NCBI GenBank assembly: GCA_014860355.1
Contig: JACZJV010000148.1
Coordinates: 2,867-66,866 of the forward strand
Source: Burkholderiales bacterium
GTDB lineage: Bacteria; Pseudomonadota; Gammaproteobacteria; Burkholderiales; SG8-39
Length of the DNA stretch: 64,000 bases
Direction: 5' to 3'
The notes under the pieces were generated by a model. The model saw nothing but the letters and a program-made list of their open reading frames with translations, was not told the DNA's origin and made no database searches. Below are positions 1-9,114 of this stretch, piece after piece. The translations under genes and the position numbers were made by a program. Numbering within the stretch: the first letter of the stretch is position 1; the number at the start of each line of letters is the position of its first letter.

Positions 1-377
1 AGCCCCGGCCACAGCCACAACTCGATCTCGTTCTTATCGTTCAGCTGGTAGCCGATCCGGCGCGCGGTGTCGATGCCCTCGGTGGAGGCGAAGCGGCTGA
101 ATTCAAGGCTGGCCGTAGCGGTCGCGGCCGGCACGCCCCGCCATGCGGGTGCGGGGCCGTCCGCGGTTCGCACCGAGCGCGGCGCCGCGAGTTCGACATC
201 GCGTTCGAAGCGCGCGAAGAACGCCGCCACGCGCCGCCATTTATCGGTCTCGTACTTTACGTGCTCGCGCGCATCGAGCACCGCAGACAGCCCGCGGTAG
301 GACATCAGCGCGAGCAGCGACAGGATCAGCAACGCGGTCATGACTTCGATCAGGGTGAAGCCGCGCGTGCGCTTCAT
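1..377 (-). CDS. gspJ: Type II secretion minor pseudopilin GspJ (5' part only; runs off the left edge)
   Basis: Reverse-strand ATG at 377 (ATGA overlap with the gspI stop) reads MKRTRGFTLIEVMTALLILSLLALMSYRGL..., a prepilin-type GFTLIE N-terminal motif. It follows gspG-H-I in the same orientation. It is absent from the ORF track because it is open at position 1. Confidence 0.75.
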   Translation of the reverse strand, partial: MKRTRGFTLIEVMTALLILSLLALMSYRGLSAVLDAREHVKYETDKWRRVAAFFARFERDVELAAPRSVRTADGPAPAWRGVPAATATASLEFSRFASTEGIDTARRIGYQLNDKNEIELWLWPG

Positions 378-757
378 CTTCGCGGCCCCGGCGCATTGAC
401 GATAAATCCGGCGAGGTGGGCCAGCGAATGCGTCTCTTCGGCGGCGGCGAAAACCCGTACATCGACGCGGCGGAATGCGACGTTCGGCGTGGCGATGACC
501 TCCTCGCGCCAGGCGAAGTCCAGGCCCCCTTCGCGCGCCGTGCCGCGCTGTATGCCCAGCGGCAGCCAGTCCGCGCGCGCGCGATGCTCGGCCAGCAGAT
601 TTTCCGCAACCCAGCCCGCGAGCAGGCGCGAGCGCAGTTCGCCCACGTTGTTCGTGCCCTGGCCGGCCGCGCGCAGCGCCGACAGCAGCGCGATCGAAAC
701 GATCGCCAGTGCGACCAGCACCTCGACCAGCGTAAAGCCTTTGCGCCCGGTTCTCAT
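374..757 (-). CDS. gspI: Type II secretion minor pseudopilin GspI
   Basis: 127 aa. N-terminus MRTGRKGFTLVEVLVALAIVSIALL is a prepilin leader plus hydrophobic helix. Its size and its position between gspH and gspJ fit GspI. Confidence 0.8.
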   Translation of the reverse strand: MRTGRKGFTLVEVLVALAIVSIALLSALRAAGQGTNNVGELRSRLLAGWVAENLLAEHRARADWLPLGIQRGTAREGGLDFAWREEVIATPNVAFRRVDVRVFAAAEETHSLAHLAGFIVNAPGPRR

Positions 758-815
758 TTGAAAATGAGAGGACAGGTCCCCTCATTCCCTCCCGGATAGA
801 GCGTTGCAAAATTCA

Positions 816-1352
816 TCATTCCGCGGCTTCTTGTCGCATTGCCACTGCGTCATCGAATCTTCCGTCCCCCGGCATCACGCGCACCTCCCCGACCGGGGAT
901 CCGGTGACCGCGTAGCGCTCCGGCCCGATCGAGATGCCGATGGTGAAAGCCAGAGACGAGCCCTGCGGGGTGAACTCCAGGCGCATGGGGCCTTGCGGCC
1001 GCATGTTTTCGACGCGAAAGCCGGAAATGGCCACGCCTTGCGGCAGGGTACGCGCGCGCAGCAGTTCGCCGTCGCGGATCTCCGACCAGGCAGCATCGTC
1101 GCCATAGCGCCAGAAGCGGTAGCTCGATTCGTCTGCGGTCCAGGCTATGGACCTTCCGCTCAGCCGCGCTTCGGTGGCGGCGAAGTCCAGGAGTTGCGAC
1201 AGGCGCTCGGCTTCCAGCCTGAGCACGGCGCGATCGTCGGGCCGCGTGATGGTGCTGACCAGTCCGATAAACAGGCCCATGATCATCAGCACCACGAGCA
1301 TTTCGATGAGCGTGAAGCCCCGGTTTGGCTCCGAAATGATCACGCTCTTCAT
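816..1352 (-). CDS. gspH: Type II secretion minor pseudopilin GspH
   Basis: 178 aa. Contains the prepilin motif NRGFTLIEMLVVLMIMGL. Its position directly after gspG is typical of GspH. Confidence 0.8.
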   Translation of the reverse strand: MKSVIISEPNRGFTLIEMLVVLMIMGLFIGLVSTITRPDDRAVLRLEAERLSQLLDFAATEARLSGRSIAWTADESSYRFWRYGDDAAWSEIRDGELLRARTLPQGVAISGFRVENMRPQGPMRLEFTPQGSSLAFTIGISIGPERYAVTGSPVGEVRVMPGDGRFDDAVAMRQEAAE

Positions 1353-1419
1353 GGTCTTGTTGCCGCCTTAGAGTTCATTTCGAAATGGGCACAATCCCCT
1401 CATGCTCCCCCAAATCAGC

Positions 1420-1446
1420 GGCCATTTCGGCAATTCTGAAATGGCC
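1420..1446 (-). promoter_or_regulatory. Intercistronic stem-loop 3 nt downstream of the gspG stop (9-bp stem GGCCATTTC/GAAATGGCC, 9-nt loop)
   Basis: Perfect 9-bp inverted repeat read directly from the sequence. A related 12-nt palindrome CATTTCGAAATG lies at 1376-1387, just before the gspH start. The position after a major pseudopilin gene suggests an attenuator or stabiliser. Confidence 0.35.
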
Positions 1447-1448
1447 TC

Positions 1449-1883
1449 TCAGAGATTCCAGGAGCCGATGTCGGCATCGTTGCCCTCGCCGCCAGGGGTG
1501 CCGTCGCCGCCGTAGCTGAAAACATCGATCTCGGCCTGCACTCCCGGGTTCAGGTACTGATAGGGATTGCCCCAGGGATCCCTGGGCAGCCGCTCGACGT
1601 AGCCGCCCTGCTTCCAGTTGGGCGGAATCGGCGTGGTGGTCGGCTTTACGACCAGCGCCTGCAGTCCCTGCTCGGTGGTCGGATAGCGCTGATTGTCCAG
1701 GCGGTAGAGCTTGAGTGCCTGCATCAGGCTCGCGATGTCCTGTTTCGCCGCAATCACCCGCGCCTCGTCCGGGCGGCTGATGATCTTCGGCACCACCAGG
1801 GCGGCGAGTATGCCGAGTATGACGACGACTACCATTACTTCGAGCAAGGTGAATCCACGTTGCCCGCGAACCCCGATCAGCAT
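1449..1883 (-). CDS. gspG: Type II secretion major pseudopilin GspG
   Basis: The ORF 1449..2021 is trimmed to the internal ATG at 1883. This gives [34 protein letters not shown]... and the conserved GspG C-terminal half (DPWGNPYQY). Confidence 0.9.
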   Translation of the reverse strand: MLIGVRGQRGFTLLEVMVVVVILGILAALVVPKIISRPDEARVIAAKQDIASLMQALKLYRLDNQRYPTTEQGLQALVVKPTTTPIPPNWKQGGYVERLPRDPWGNPYQYLNPGVQAEIDVFSYGGDGTPGGEGNDADIGSWNL

Positions 1884-1936
1884 CGCCAATTCATCCTTGT
1901 CAAAATTTGCTGCGCCCGCGTCTCGGAAGCCGGCGC

Positions 1937-2016
1937 TTCCACTATATAATGCCGCAAGCCAGGCACCAGACGATGCATCCGAGCGGCGTGCTTGCGACGG
2001 TTCCATTATATAATGC
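1937..2016. promoter_or_regulatory. Two copies of an AT-rich box, TTCCA(C/T)TATATAATGC, 64 bp apart in the gspG/gspC divergent region
   Basis: Copies at 1937-1952 and 2001-2016 are identical at 15 of 16 positions. Each contains TATAAT. They sit in an otherwise GC-rich 210-bp divergent intergenic region. Confidence 0.35.
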
Positions 2017-2093
2017 TTCACCCGATGTATCCGGCCGATTACTGCGCCCGGCCCAGACTATTTTTTCAGTGCGCGAATGGCGATTGACTAAGA

Positions 2094-2657
2094 ATGCAGG
2101 CGCTTTCGTTTGCTCGATCCGGTCTTGCGCAGTCGGCCCTGATATCCTTGCTCACCCTGGTCACGGTAGCGCTGCTCGGCGCAGTGCTGGCGTACTGGAC
2201 CTGGGTGTGGTTTGCGCCGCGCGCCGAGCAGCGCATCGAGCCCGCCGCGGCGCAAAGCGGCAACGTGGCTTCCGCCGGAGCGGTTTTCGGCACCGTGCCG
2301 CGCACCCAGGCGGTCGCCGCACCTACCGGGATTGCGATCAAACTTCTCGGCGTCGTGGCGGCCACGGCCGGGCGGCGCGGCTACGCGGTGGTGCAGCTCG
2401 AGGCAAAGCAGATCCTGGCGGTCCAGGAGGGCGAGGACGTGGCCCCCGGCATCCGCCTCGCCGAGGTCCATGCCGATCACGTCATCCTGGAACGCCGCGG
2501 CGTGCGCGAATCCCTCGCATGGCCGCAAAGGACGGGAACCGCGCCCGTTGCTGCGCAAACCGCTCGACCCACCGCCGCAAACGCTGCGGCATCCGCGGCC
2601 GCACAACAGGCTGCTTCGCGAGGCGGAAAGGCCGCGCGGCGCGGTGACAATGACTAG
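2094..2657 (+). CDS. GspC-like type II secretion inner-membrane protein (single TM plus HR-like domain, no PDZ seen)
   Basis: 187 aa. TM helix ALISLLTLVTVALLGAVLAYWTWVWF, then IKLLGVVA...GYAVVQLE...GEDVAPGIRLAEVHADHVILERRG, which is typical of the GspC secretin-interacting region. Lies immediately upstream of gspD. Confidence 0.55.
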   Translation: MQALSFARSGLAQSALISLLTLVTVALLGAVLAYWTWVWFAPRAEQRIEPAAAQSGNVASAGAVFGTVPRTQAVAAPTGIAIKLLGVVAATAGRRGYAVVQLEAKQILAVQEGEDVAPGIRLAEVHADHVILERRGVRESLAWPQRTGTAPVAAQTARPTAANAAASAAAQQAASRGGKAARRGDND

Positions 2658-2716
2658 AACCCGTGGTTTCGAATGATATCGCCATCGTATATTCGGGGCG
2701 CTGCCGAGGATTACCT

Positions 2717-4801
2717 ATGAAGAATTGCTGGTTGCGAACCGGAATTGTGTGGGCGGCCGTGCTCGCTTGCGCCGGACAGGCGTGGTCCGCGGATACGGAC
2801 GCAAGTGCAAGCGCCGCTGCCAAGGCGGCTGTCCGCCCGAGCGGGCCCGATGTCGTCACGCTCAACTTCGTCAACGCCGACATCGAAGGCGTGGTGAAGG
2901 CGGTGAGCGAGATCACCGGAAAGAATTTCATTCTCGACCCGCGCGTCAAGGGCACGGTCAATATCGTCTCCGCCAAACCGATGTCCAGGTCGCTGGTCTA
3001 TCAGGTGTTCCTGTCGGCCATGCGCCTGCAGGGCTTTGCCGCGGTCGAGGAGAAGGGCATGGTCATGATCGTCCCGGAGATCGAGGCCAAAATGCATCGC
3101 AGCCCCACTTCCGGGCCGCAGCAGCGGCCGCGCGCAGGCGGGGATACCGTCCAGACACAGGTGTTCAGGCTGCAACACGAGTCGGCGGCGCAGCTGATGC
3201 CGGTGCTGCGCCCGCTGATCAGCCCCAATAACAGCGTCACCGCCTACCCGGGCAACAATACGCTGGTGGTGACCGATTACGCGAGCAATCTGCAGCGCAT
3301 CGAAAAAATCATCGAGGCGGTCGATCAGCCTACCGATGGCGATTCGGTCGTCGTCAAGCTTCAGTACGCCTCGGCTATCGACGTGGCGCAGACCATTACC
3401 CGCCTGCTCACCGAGCCGGCGCAGGCGGCCGATCCGACCAGCCGGTTCACGATAGCCGCGGATGCGCGTTCCAACAGCGTGCTCGCGCGTGCCGGCGATC
3501 CGGCGAAACTGCAGCGGGTGCGCCAGTTGGCGGCGATGCTCGATTCGCCCACCAGCGCCGGCGGCAATATTCACGTCATCTACCTGAAAAACGCGGAGGC
3601 GGTGAAGCTGGCGGAGGTCCTGCGCGCGATCTACAGCGGGGAATCCTCCTCGGGGCAGACGCGTACGGCCGCCCAGCCTCTGAGTGCGACGCCGCTGGGA
3701 CAGGGGACGCAACAGGCGCCGGCGCAGGCGAGTGCGTCGACGCCCGGCATCATCCAGGCCGATGCCGCCACCAACGCGATCATCATCACTGCGCCCGACG
3801 CGGTCTACAACAATCTGCGCGCGGTGGTGGAGAAGCTCGACGTGCGCCGCGCGCAGGTGTATGTCGAAGCGCTGATCGCCGAGCTCACCGCCGACAAGGC
3901 TGCGGAATTCGGCGTCCAGTGGCAGGACCTCACCGGCTATGGCCAGTCGGGCACGCAGGTGGTCGGCGGCACCAATTTCGGCGGCGCCGGCACCAACATA
4001 ATCGGGATTGCGGGGAACCCGACCACGGTAGGCCGCGGCCTGAACGTAGGCGTGATCAAGGGCACGATCAAGCTCCCCGGAATCGGCGGCGCCGAGATCG
4101 TCAACATCGGCATGCTGGTGCGCGCGCTGGAAACCGACGCCAACGCCAACATCCTGTCCACGCCCACGCTGCTGACCCTGGACAACGAGGAGGCGAAAAT
4201 CGTGATCGGTCAGAACGTTCCCTTCCTCACCGGCTCCTACGCCGTTTCGGCCGCGGCCACCACGCCGACGCCGTTTCAGACCGTGGAGCGCAAGGACGTG
4301 GGACTCACGCTGCGCATCAAGCCGCAGATCTCCGAAGGCGGCGCGGTGCGCCTGCAGATCTACCAGGAGGTATCCAGCGTCCAGGACAATACCAATCCCG
4401 CCGGTGTGATCACCAACAAGCGCGCCGTCGAATCGACGGTACTGGTCGATGACGGCCAGATCGTGGTGATAGGCGGCCTGATTCAGGACTCGGTCAAGGA
4501 CGGCGTCGAAAAAATTCCGGGGCTCGGGGATCTGCCGCTGATCGGCGGGCTGTTCAGGTACAACACGCGCTCGCGCAACAAGACCAACCTGATGGTATTC
4601 CTGCGCCCGACGCTGCTGCGCGATCCGCAGAAGGCCAACGCGCTGTCGAACAACCGCTATGACTACATTCTCGGCGAGCAGATCAAATCGAAACTCCCGC
4701 CGATCATCGCGATTCCCGATCTCGGAGTACCCAGCCTGCCGCCGCGCGAGACCGCGGCGCCGGGGATGCCGGAAACGCCCGGAATAGACCCGCCGAAATG
4801 A
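2717..4801 (+). CDS. gspD: Type II secretion secretin GspD
   Basis: ORF 2663..4801. The start is moved to ATG 2717 (GAGGA RBS; signal peptide MKNCWLRTGIVWAAVLACAGQAWS). Secretin C-domain hallmarks are present: VPFLTGS, GGLI...KIPGLGDLPLIGGLF. Confidence 0.9.
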   Translation: MKNCWLRTGIVWAAVLACAGQAWSADTDASASAAAKAAVRPSGPDVVTLNFVNADIEGVVKAVSEITGKNFILDPRVKGTVNIVSAKPMSRSLVYQVFLSAMRLQGFAAVEEKGMVMIVPEIEAKMHRSPTSGPQQRPRAGGDTVQTQVFRLQHESAAQLMPVLRPLISPNNSVTAYPGNNTLVVTDYASNLQRIEKIIEAVDQPTDGDSVVVKLQYASAIDVAQTITRLLTEPAQAADPTSRFTIAADARSNSVLARAGDPAKLQRVRQLAAMLDSPTSAGGNIHVIYLKNAEAVKLAEVLRAIYSGESSSGQTRTAAQPLSATPLGQGTQQAPAQASASTPGIIQADAATNAIIITAPDAVYNNLRAVVEKLDVRRAQVYVEALIAELTADKAAEFGVQWQDLTGYGQSGTQVVGGTNFGGAGTNIIGIAGNPTTVGRGLNVGVIKGTIKLPGIGGAEIVNIGMLVRALETDANANILSTPTLLTLDNEEAKIVIGQNVPFLTGSYAVSAAATTPTPFQTVERKDVGLTLRIKPQISEGGAVRLQIYQEVSSVQDNTNPAGVITNKRAVESTVLVDDGQIVVIGGLIQDSVKDGVEKIPGLGDLPLIGGLFRYNTRSRNKTNLMVFLRPTLLRDPQKANALSNNRYDYILGEQIKSKLPPIIAIPDLGVPSLPPRETAAPGMPETPGIDPPK

Positions 4802-6270
4802 GTTCCAGACCGGTTGTTCCCTACGCCTTCGCCAAATCCAAAGGCGTAGTCGTCACCGATCTGGCCGACGGCCTGGCGCAGGTGGCGGTGCGCAGCGGCG
4901 CCCAGGCGGGCGCGCTGGCCGAAGTGCGCCGCGCGCTGGGCGTGCCCTTGCAGGCGAGGCGCATCGGTGCCGAGGAGTTCGACGAGCTCATTTCCAGCCT
5001 CTATAACGCTGCCGACGCCGGTGCGGCCGCCCTGGCTGACGACCTGGCGCAGGACCTGGATCTGTCCAGGCTGCTGCAGGACATCCCCAGGGTCGAGGAT
5101 CTGCTCGAAAGCCAGAACGACGCGCCGCTGATCCGTTTGATCAACGCCTTGTTTACCCAGGCGCTGCGCGAAGGCGCCTCCGACATCCACGTCGAGCCTT
5201 TCGAAACGCGCTCGGTGGTGCGCCTGCGCATAGACGGCACCCTGCGCGACCTGATCGAACCGGCGCGTGCGCTGCACGGCGCCATCGTGTCGCGCATCAA
5301 GATCATGGCGCAGCTCGACATCGCCGAGAAGCGCCTGCCGCAGGACGGGCGCATAACCCTCAGGGTGGCGGGCAAACCGATCGATGTCAGGGTGTCGACG
5401 ATCCCGACGGGGCACGGCGAGCGCGTGGTGCTGCGCCTGCTCGACAAGCAGGCCGGAAGGCTGGATCTCACCAAGCTGGGCATGGACAGCCCTACGCTCG
5501 CGTACATGGACAAGCTCATCCGCGAGCCGCACGGCATCATACTCGTCACCGGCCCGACCGGATCGGGCAAGACCACGACGCTCTATGCCTCGCTCTCGCG
5601 GCTGGATCCCAAGGCGCTCAACATCATGACGGTGGAGGACCCGATCGAGTACGACCTCGACGGCATCAGCCAGACCCAGATCAACACCCGCATCGAAATG
5701 AGTTTCGCGCGCGCGCTGCGCACCATTTTGCGCCAGGACCCGGACGTAGTCATGATCGGCGAGATCCGCGATCTGGAAACGGCGCAGATTGCGGTGCAGG
5801 CGAGCCTGACCGGACATCTGGTGTTCGCCACCCTGCACACCAACGATTCGGTGAGCGCCGTCACGCGGCTGGTCGACATGGGGGTGGAGCCCTTCCTGCT
5901 CGCCACCAGCCTGATCGGGGTGGTCGCGCAGCGGCTGGTGCGCCGGCTTTGCCTCGAATGCCGCAAGCCGTTTTCCGCAGACGGATCGCAGTTGCAGGCG
6001 CTGGGGTTCGAGCCGCGGGCGGGAAGTTTTTACACCGCGCAGGGTTGCCCCGCCTGCAACCACTCGGGCTATCGCGGCCGCACCGGGATCTATGAACTGC
6101 TGAGCGTCGACGACGGGCTGCGCCGCCTGGTTCACGACCGTGCATCCGAGCAGGTGTTGCGCGATCATGCCCTTGCGCAGGGCATGCGCTCGCTGCGCGA
6201 AGACGGCATGCGCTGGGCCGCCGAGGGCGCGATCAGCCTCGAAGAGGTGGTGCGCGTGACGCGCGAATAG
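4798..6270 (+). CDS. gspE: Type II secretion ATPase GspE
   Basis: 490 aa. Walker A GPTGSGKTTT, MTVEDPIEY, RQDPDVVMIGEIRD, and a tetracysteine motif (CLEC...CPAC). ATGA overlap with the gspD stop. Confidence 0.92.
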   Translation: MSSRPVVPYAFAKSKGVVVTDLADGLAQVAVRSGAQAGALAEVRRALGVPLQARRIGAEEFDELISSLYNAADAGAAALADDLAQDLDLSRLLQDIPRVEDLLESQNDAPLIRLINALFTQALREGASDIHVEPFETRSVVRLRIDGTLRDLIEPARALHGAIVSRIKIMAQLDIAEKRLPQDGRITLRVAGKPIDVRVSTIPTGHGERVVLRLLDKQAGRLDLTKLGMDSPTLAYMDKLIREPHGIILVTGPTGSGKTTTLYASLSRLDPKALNIMTVEDPIEYDLDGISQTQINTRIEMSFARALRTILRQDPDVVMIGEIRDLETAQIAVQASLTGHLVFATLHTNDSVSAVTRLVDMGVEPFLLATSLIGVVAQRLVRRLCLECRKPFSADGSQLQALGFEPRAGSFYTAQGCPACNHSGYRGRTGIYELLSVDDGLRRLVHDRASEQVLRDHALAQGMRSLREDGMRWAAEGAISLEEVVRVTRE

Positions 6271-6274
6271 CGCC

Positions 6275-7480
6275 ATGGAATCCTTCCACTACGAGGCGCT
6301 GGATGCGGCCGGGCGCACGGTATCGGGGGTGGTGCAGGCCGACACGCCGCGCCAGGCGCGTACGCAGTTGCGCGCGCAGGGACTGCTGCCCTCCGTGGTC
6401 GACCTGGTGCGTGCGCGCGAACGCGCGCGCCAGCCCTGGGCGCGCGGCATCTCCTCGGACGAGCTGAGCCTGGTGACCAGGCAGCTGGCGACTTTGCTCG
6501 CCTCCGGCCTGACCATGGAGCAGTCCTTCAGCGCGCTGATCGAGGAGAGCTCCGAGCCGATGACGCGCGAGGTCCTCGGCGGCGTCAAATCCGAAATCAA
6601 CGCCGGACTCTCCCTCGCCGGCGCCCTGGGCAGCTACGACAAAAGTTTTCCCGATTTCTACCGCGCGCTGGTGCACGGCGGCGAGGAATCGGGGGCCTTG
6701 CCGACCGTGCTGCAGCACCTGGCCGACTACCTCGATGCGCGCCAGGCGATGAAGCAGAAGACCGGACTTGCGCTGCTCTATCCCATCCTGGTTTCGCTGG
6801 TCGCGGTCAGTATCGTAACCGGCCTCCTGGTGTTCGTCGTGCCGCAGATAGTGCAGGTGTTTCAGCAATCGCGGCAGAGCCTGCCGGTGCTCACGCGCGC
6901 GCTTATCTGGCTATCGGATTTCCTGCGCGCGGCCTGGCCTTATATTGCGGTCGCCCTCATCGGTACTGTCGCAGCGCTGCGCCTCGCGCTGCGCCGCGAC
7001 GCGCCCCGGCGCAGCTGGGACGCCGCGCTCTTAGGCATGCCCTGGCTGGGGTCGCTGATACGCAGCGTCAACACCTCGCGTTTCGCCAGCACGCTCGCCA
7101 TCCTCGTGGGCGGCGGCGTGCCGCTGCTCTCGGCGCTCAATTCGGGCGCGCGCGTGATGACCAACACGGTGATGCGCGCTGCCATCGAAGGCGCGATCGA
7201 GCGCGTGCGCGAAGGCGAGAGCCTGGCGCGCGCGCTCGGCGCGACGAAAGTATTTCCGCCGCTGATGGTGCATCTGGTCGCGAGCGGGGAAGTGAGCGGC
7301 AAGCTGGAGCAGATGCTGCAGCGCGCCGCACAGCTCGAAACCCAGTCGCTGGAGCGGCGCCTGGCGGTGTTCCTGACCCTGCTCGAGCCGATTATGATTC
7401 TGGTGATGGGCGGGGTAGTGCTGCTGATCGTGCTCGCCATCCTGCTGCCCATCATCGAAATCAATCAGCTGGTGCATTGA
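6275..7480 (+). CDS. gspF: Type II secretion platform protein GspF
   Basis: 401 aa polytopic protein with the duplicated GspF-type domain (GLSLAGAL.., GESLARAL..). Position after gspE. Confidence 0.9.
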   Translation: MESFHYEALDAAGRTVSGVVQADTPRQARTQLRAQGLLPSVVDLVRARERARQPWARGISSDELSLVTRQLATLLASGLTMEQSFSALIEESSEPMTREVLGGVKSEINAGLSLAGALGSYDKSFPDFYRALVHGGEESGALPTVLQHLADYLDARQAMKQKTGLALLYPILVSLVAVSIVTGLLVFVVPQIVQVFQQSRQSLPVLTRALIWLSDFLRAAWPYIAVALIGTVAALRLALRRDAPRRSWDAALLGMPWLGSLIRSVNTSRFASTLAILVGGGVPLLSALNSGARVMTNTVMRAAIEGAIERVREGESLARALGATKVFPPLMVHLVASGEVSGKLEQMLQRAAQLETQSLERRLAVFLTLLEPIMILVMGGVVLLIVLAILLPIIEINQLVH

Positions 7481-7509
7481 GCGCCGGCTGCGCCGGAGGA
7501 ATGTCAGCT

Positions 7510-8328
7510 ATGGCCCGGGGTATCCTTGTACTTGCGCTAGGCCTGAGCATTGCCGCGGGGCTGGGCGGCTGCCAGACGACCACTACGGGCGGCGTGGTCG
7601 GCGCAGAGCGCAAGCAGTTGCTGCTGGTTTCGTCGCAGGAACTCGACCAGATGGCCTCGCAGAGCTATTCCAAGCTGCTGTCGGAATCGGCCAAGAAGAA
7701 AACGCTGAACCTGGATGCCGCGATGCTTGCGCGCGTGCGCGCGGTGGCCGCGCGCATCGAGCCGCAGACCGCGGTGTTCCGTCGCGACGCCCCGGGCTGG
7801 AAGTGGGAGGTCAACGTGATCAGCAGCAAGGAACTCAACGCGTTCTGCATGCCCGGGGGCAAGATCATGTTTTATTCGGGCCTGATCCAGCAGCTCGGAT
7901 TGAACGACGGCGAGATCGCGGTCGTGATGGGGCACGAGGTCGCGCACGCGCTGCGCGAGCATTCGCGCGAGCAGGTTTCGCAGGCGCTCGCGGCGCAGAC
8001 GGCGATCGGCATCGGCGCGGCGCTGCTGGGCCTGGGGCAGAGTTCGGCGGACCTCGCGGGCGTCGCCTATCAGGCCCTGATCGCGACCCGCTTCAGCCGC
8101 GCCGACGAGCGCGAGGCCGACCGCATCGGCCTGGAACTCAGCGCGCGCGCCGGCTACGATCCGGGCGCCGGCGTGTCGCTGTGGCAGAAGATGATGAAAG
8201 CCAACAGCGGCGGGGGTACCCCCGAGTTTCTGAGCAGCCACCCGGCCGAATCGAACCGCGTGCAGGAGATCCAGGCGCTGTTGCCCAGCGTGATGCCGCT
8301 CTACGAAGCCGCGCGCCGGGCGCGCTGA
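7510..8328 (+). CDS. M48-family zinc metallopeptidase lipoprotein (LoiP/YcaL-like)
   Basis: HEVAHAL zinc motif and a later ESNR-type segment. Lipobox LGGC in MARGILVLALGLSIAAGLGGCQ. ATG 7510 is preferred (GGAGGA 9 nt upstream) over the TTG at 7477. Confidence 0.75.
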   Translation: MARGILVLALGLSIAAGLGGCQTTTTGGVVGAERKQLLLVSSQELDQMASQSYSKLLSESAKKKTLNLDAAMLARVRAVAARIEPQTAVFRRDAPGWKWEVNVISSKELNAFCMPGGKIMFYSGLIQQLGLNDGEIAVVMGHEVAHALREHSREQVSQALAAQTAIGIGAALLGLGQSSADLAGVAYQALIATRFSRADEREADRIGLELSARAGYDPGAGVSLWQKMMKANSGGGTPEFLSSHPAESNRVQEIQALLPSVMPLYEAARRAR

Positions 8329-8364
8329 GGCGCGACCGCAAGGCAATGCCCGGGGGCGCCGGGT

Positions 8365-9027
8365 TCAGGCGAGCACGCGCCTGAGCCAGCTGCCGATGTC
8401 GGCGATTTCCTGCGGGCATACCGCATGCTGCATCCGGTACTCGTGCCATTCGAGCGTATAGCCTTGCTGCAGCAGCAAGTCGCGCGATTCCCGGGCGCGG
8501 GCAAACGCTATCATCGGATCGGCCGTGCCGTGCGCCATGAAAATCGATACCTCGCGGTTCGCCGGGCTCGCCTCGGCCGCGAGCTTTTCCGCCAGCGGCA
8601 CATAGGTCGAGAGGGCCATAATCCCCGCCAGGCGCTCGGCGTGCCTGAGCCCCGTCTGCAGCGCGATTGCCCCACCCTGGGAGAAGCCGGCGAGCACGAT
8701 GCGGTTGGCGCCGACGCCGCGGGATTTTTCCCGCGCGAGCAAGGCTTCCACGCGCTGTTGCGAGTCGCGCACGCCGTCCTCGTCCTCGCGCCGTATGGCG
8801 GCATCGCTGATGTCGTACCAGGCGCGCATTACATAGCCGCCGTTGATGCTCACCGGCATCATCGGAGCATGCGGGAAGATGTAGCGCACGGCAAGGGGCA
8901 GTTCGATTTCATCGGCCAGGGGCGCGAAGTCGTTGCCGTCGGCCCCGAGGCCGTGCAGCCAGATGATGCTGGCGCCGGGATTGGGCGCGGTCTCGATTTC
9001 CAGGGTTTCCAGCTGATCTGCGTTCAA
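8365..9027 (-). CDS. Phospholipase/carboxylesterase-family alpha/beta hydrolase
   Basis: 220 aa. WLHGLGADG, nucleophile elbow GFSQGG, late HG..D and H residues. This is the typical carboxylesterase-2 layout. Confidence 0.8.
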   Translation of the reverse strand: MNADQLETLEIETAPNPGASIIWLHGLGADGNDFAPLADEIELPLAVRYIFPHAPMMPVSINGGYVMRAWYDISDAAIRREDEDGVRDSQQRVEALLAREKSRGVGANRIVLAGFSQGGAIALQTGLRHAERLAGIMALSTYVPLAEKLAAEASPANREVSIFMAHGTADPMIAFARARESRDLLLQQGYTLEWHEYRMQHAVCPQEIADIGSWLRRVLA

Positions 9028-9114
9028 AGCGGTTTGTCCTTAGAGCCCGTAACAAAAGTCATTTTGGTACGGGCCGATTTAGGGGAGCACGAGGGGAGGT
9101 ATCCCCTCGTTTTG

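Noticed and set aside
4663-6276. 537-aa minus-strand ORF
   Set aside because: It is antisense to gspE (Walker A and B motifs lie on the plus strand). It has no motifs and is Arg/His/Gly-rich.
9089-9110. Hairpin ACGAGGGGA-GGTA-TCCCCTCGT after mog, as a terminator
   Set aside because: The T-run (TTTGTT) is on the plus strand, while both neighbouring genes are on the minus strand. On the minus strand no U-tract follows, so its function is unclear.
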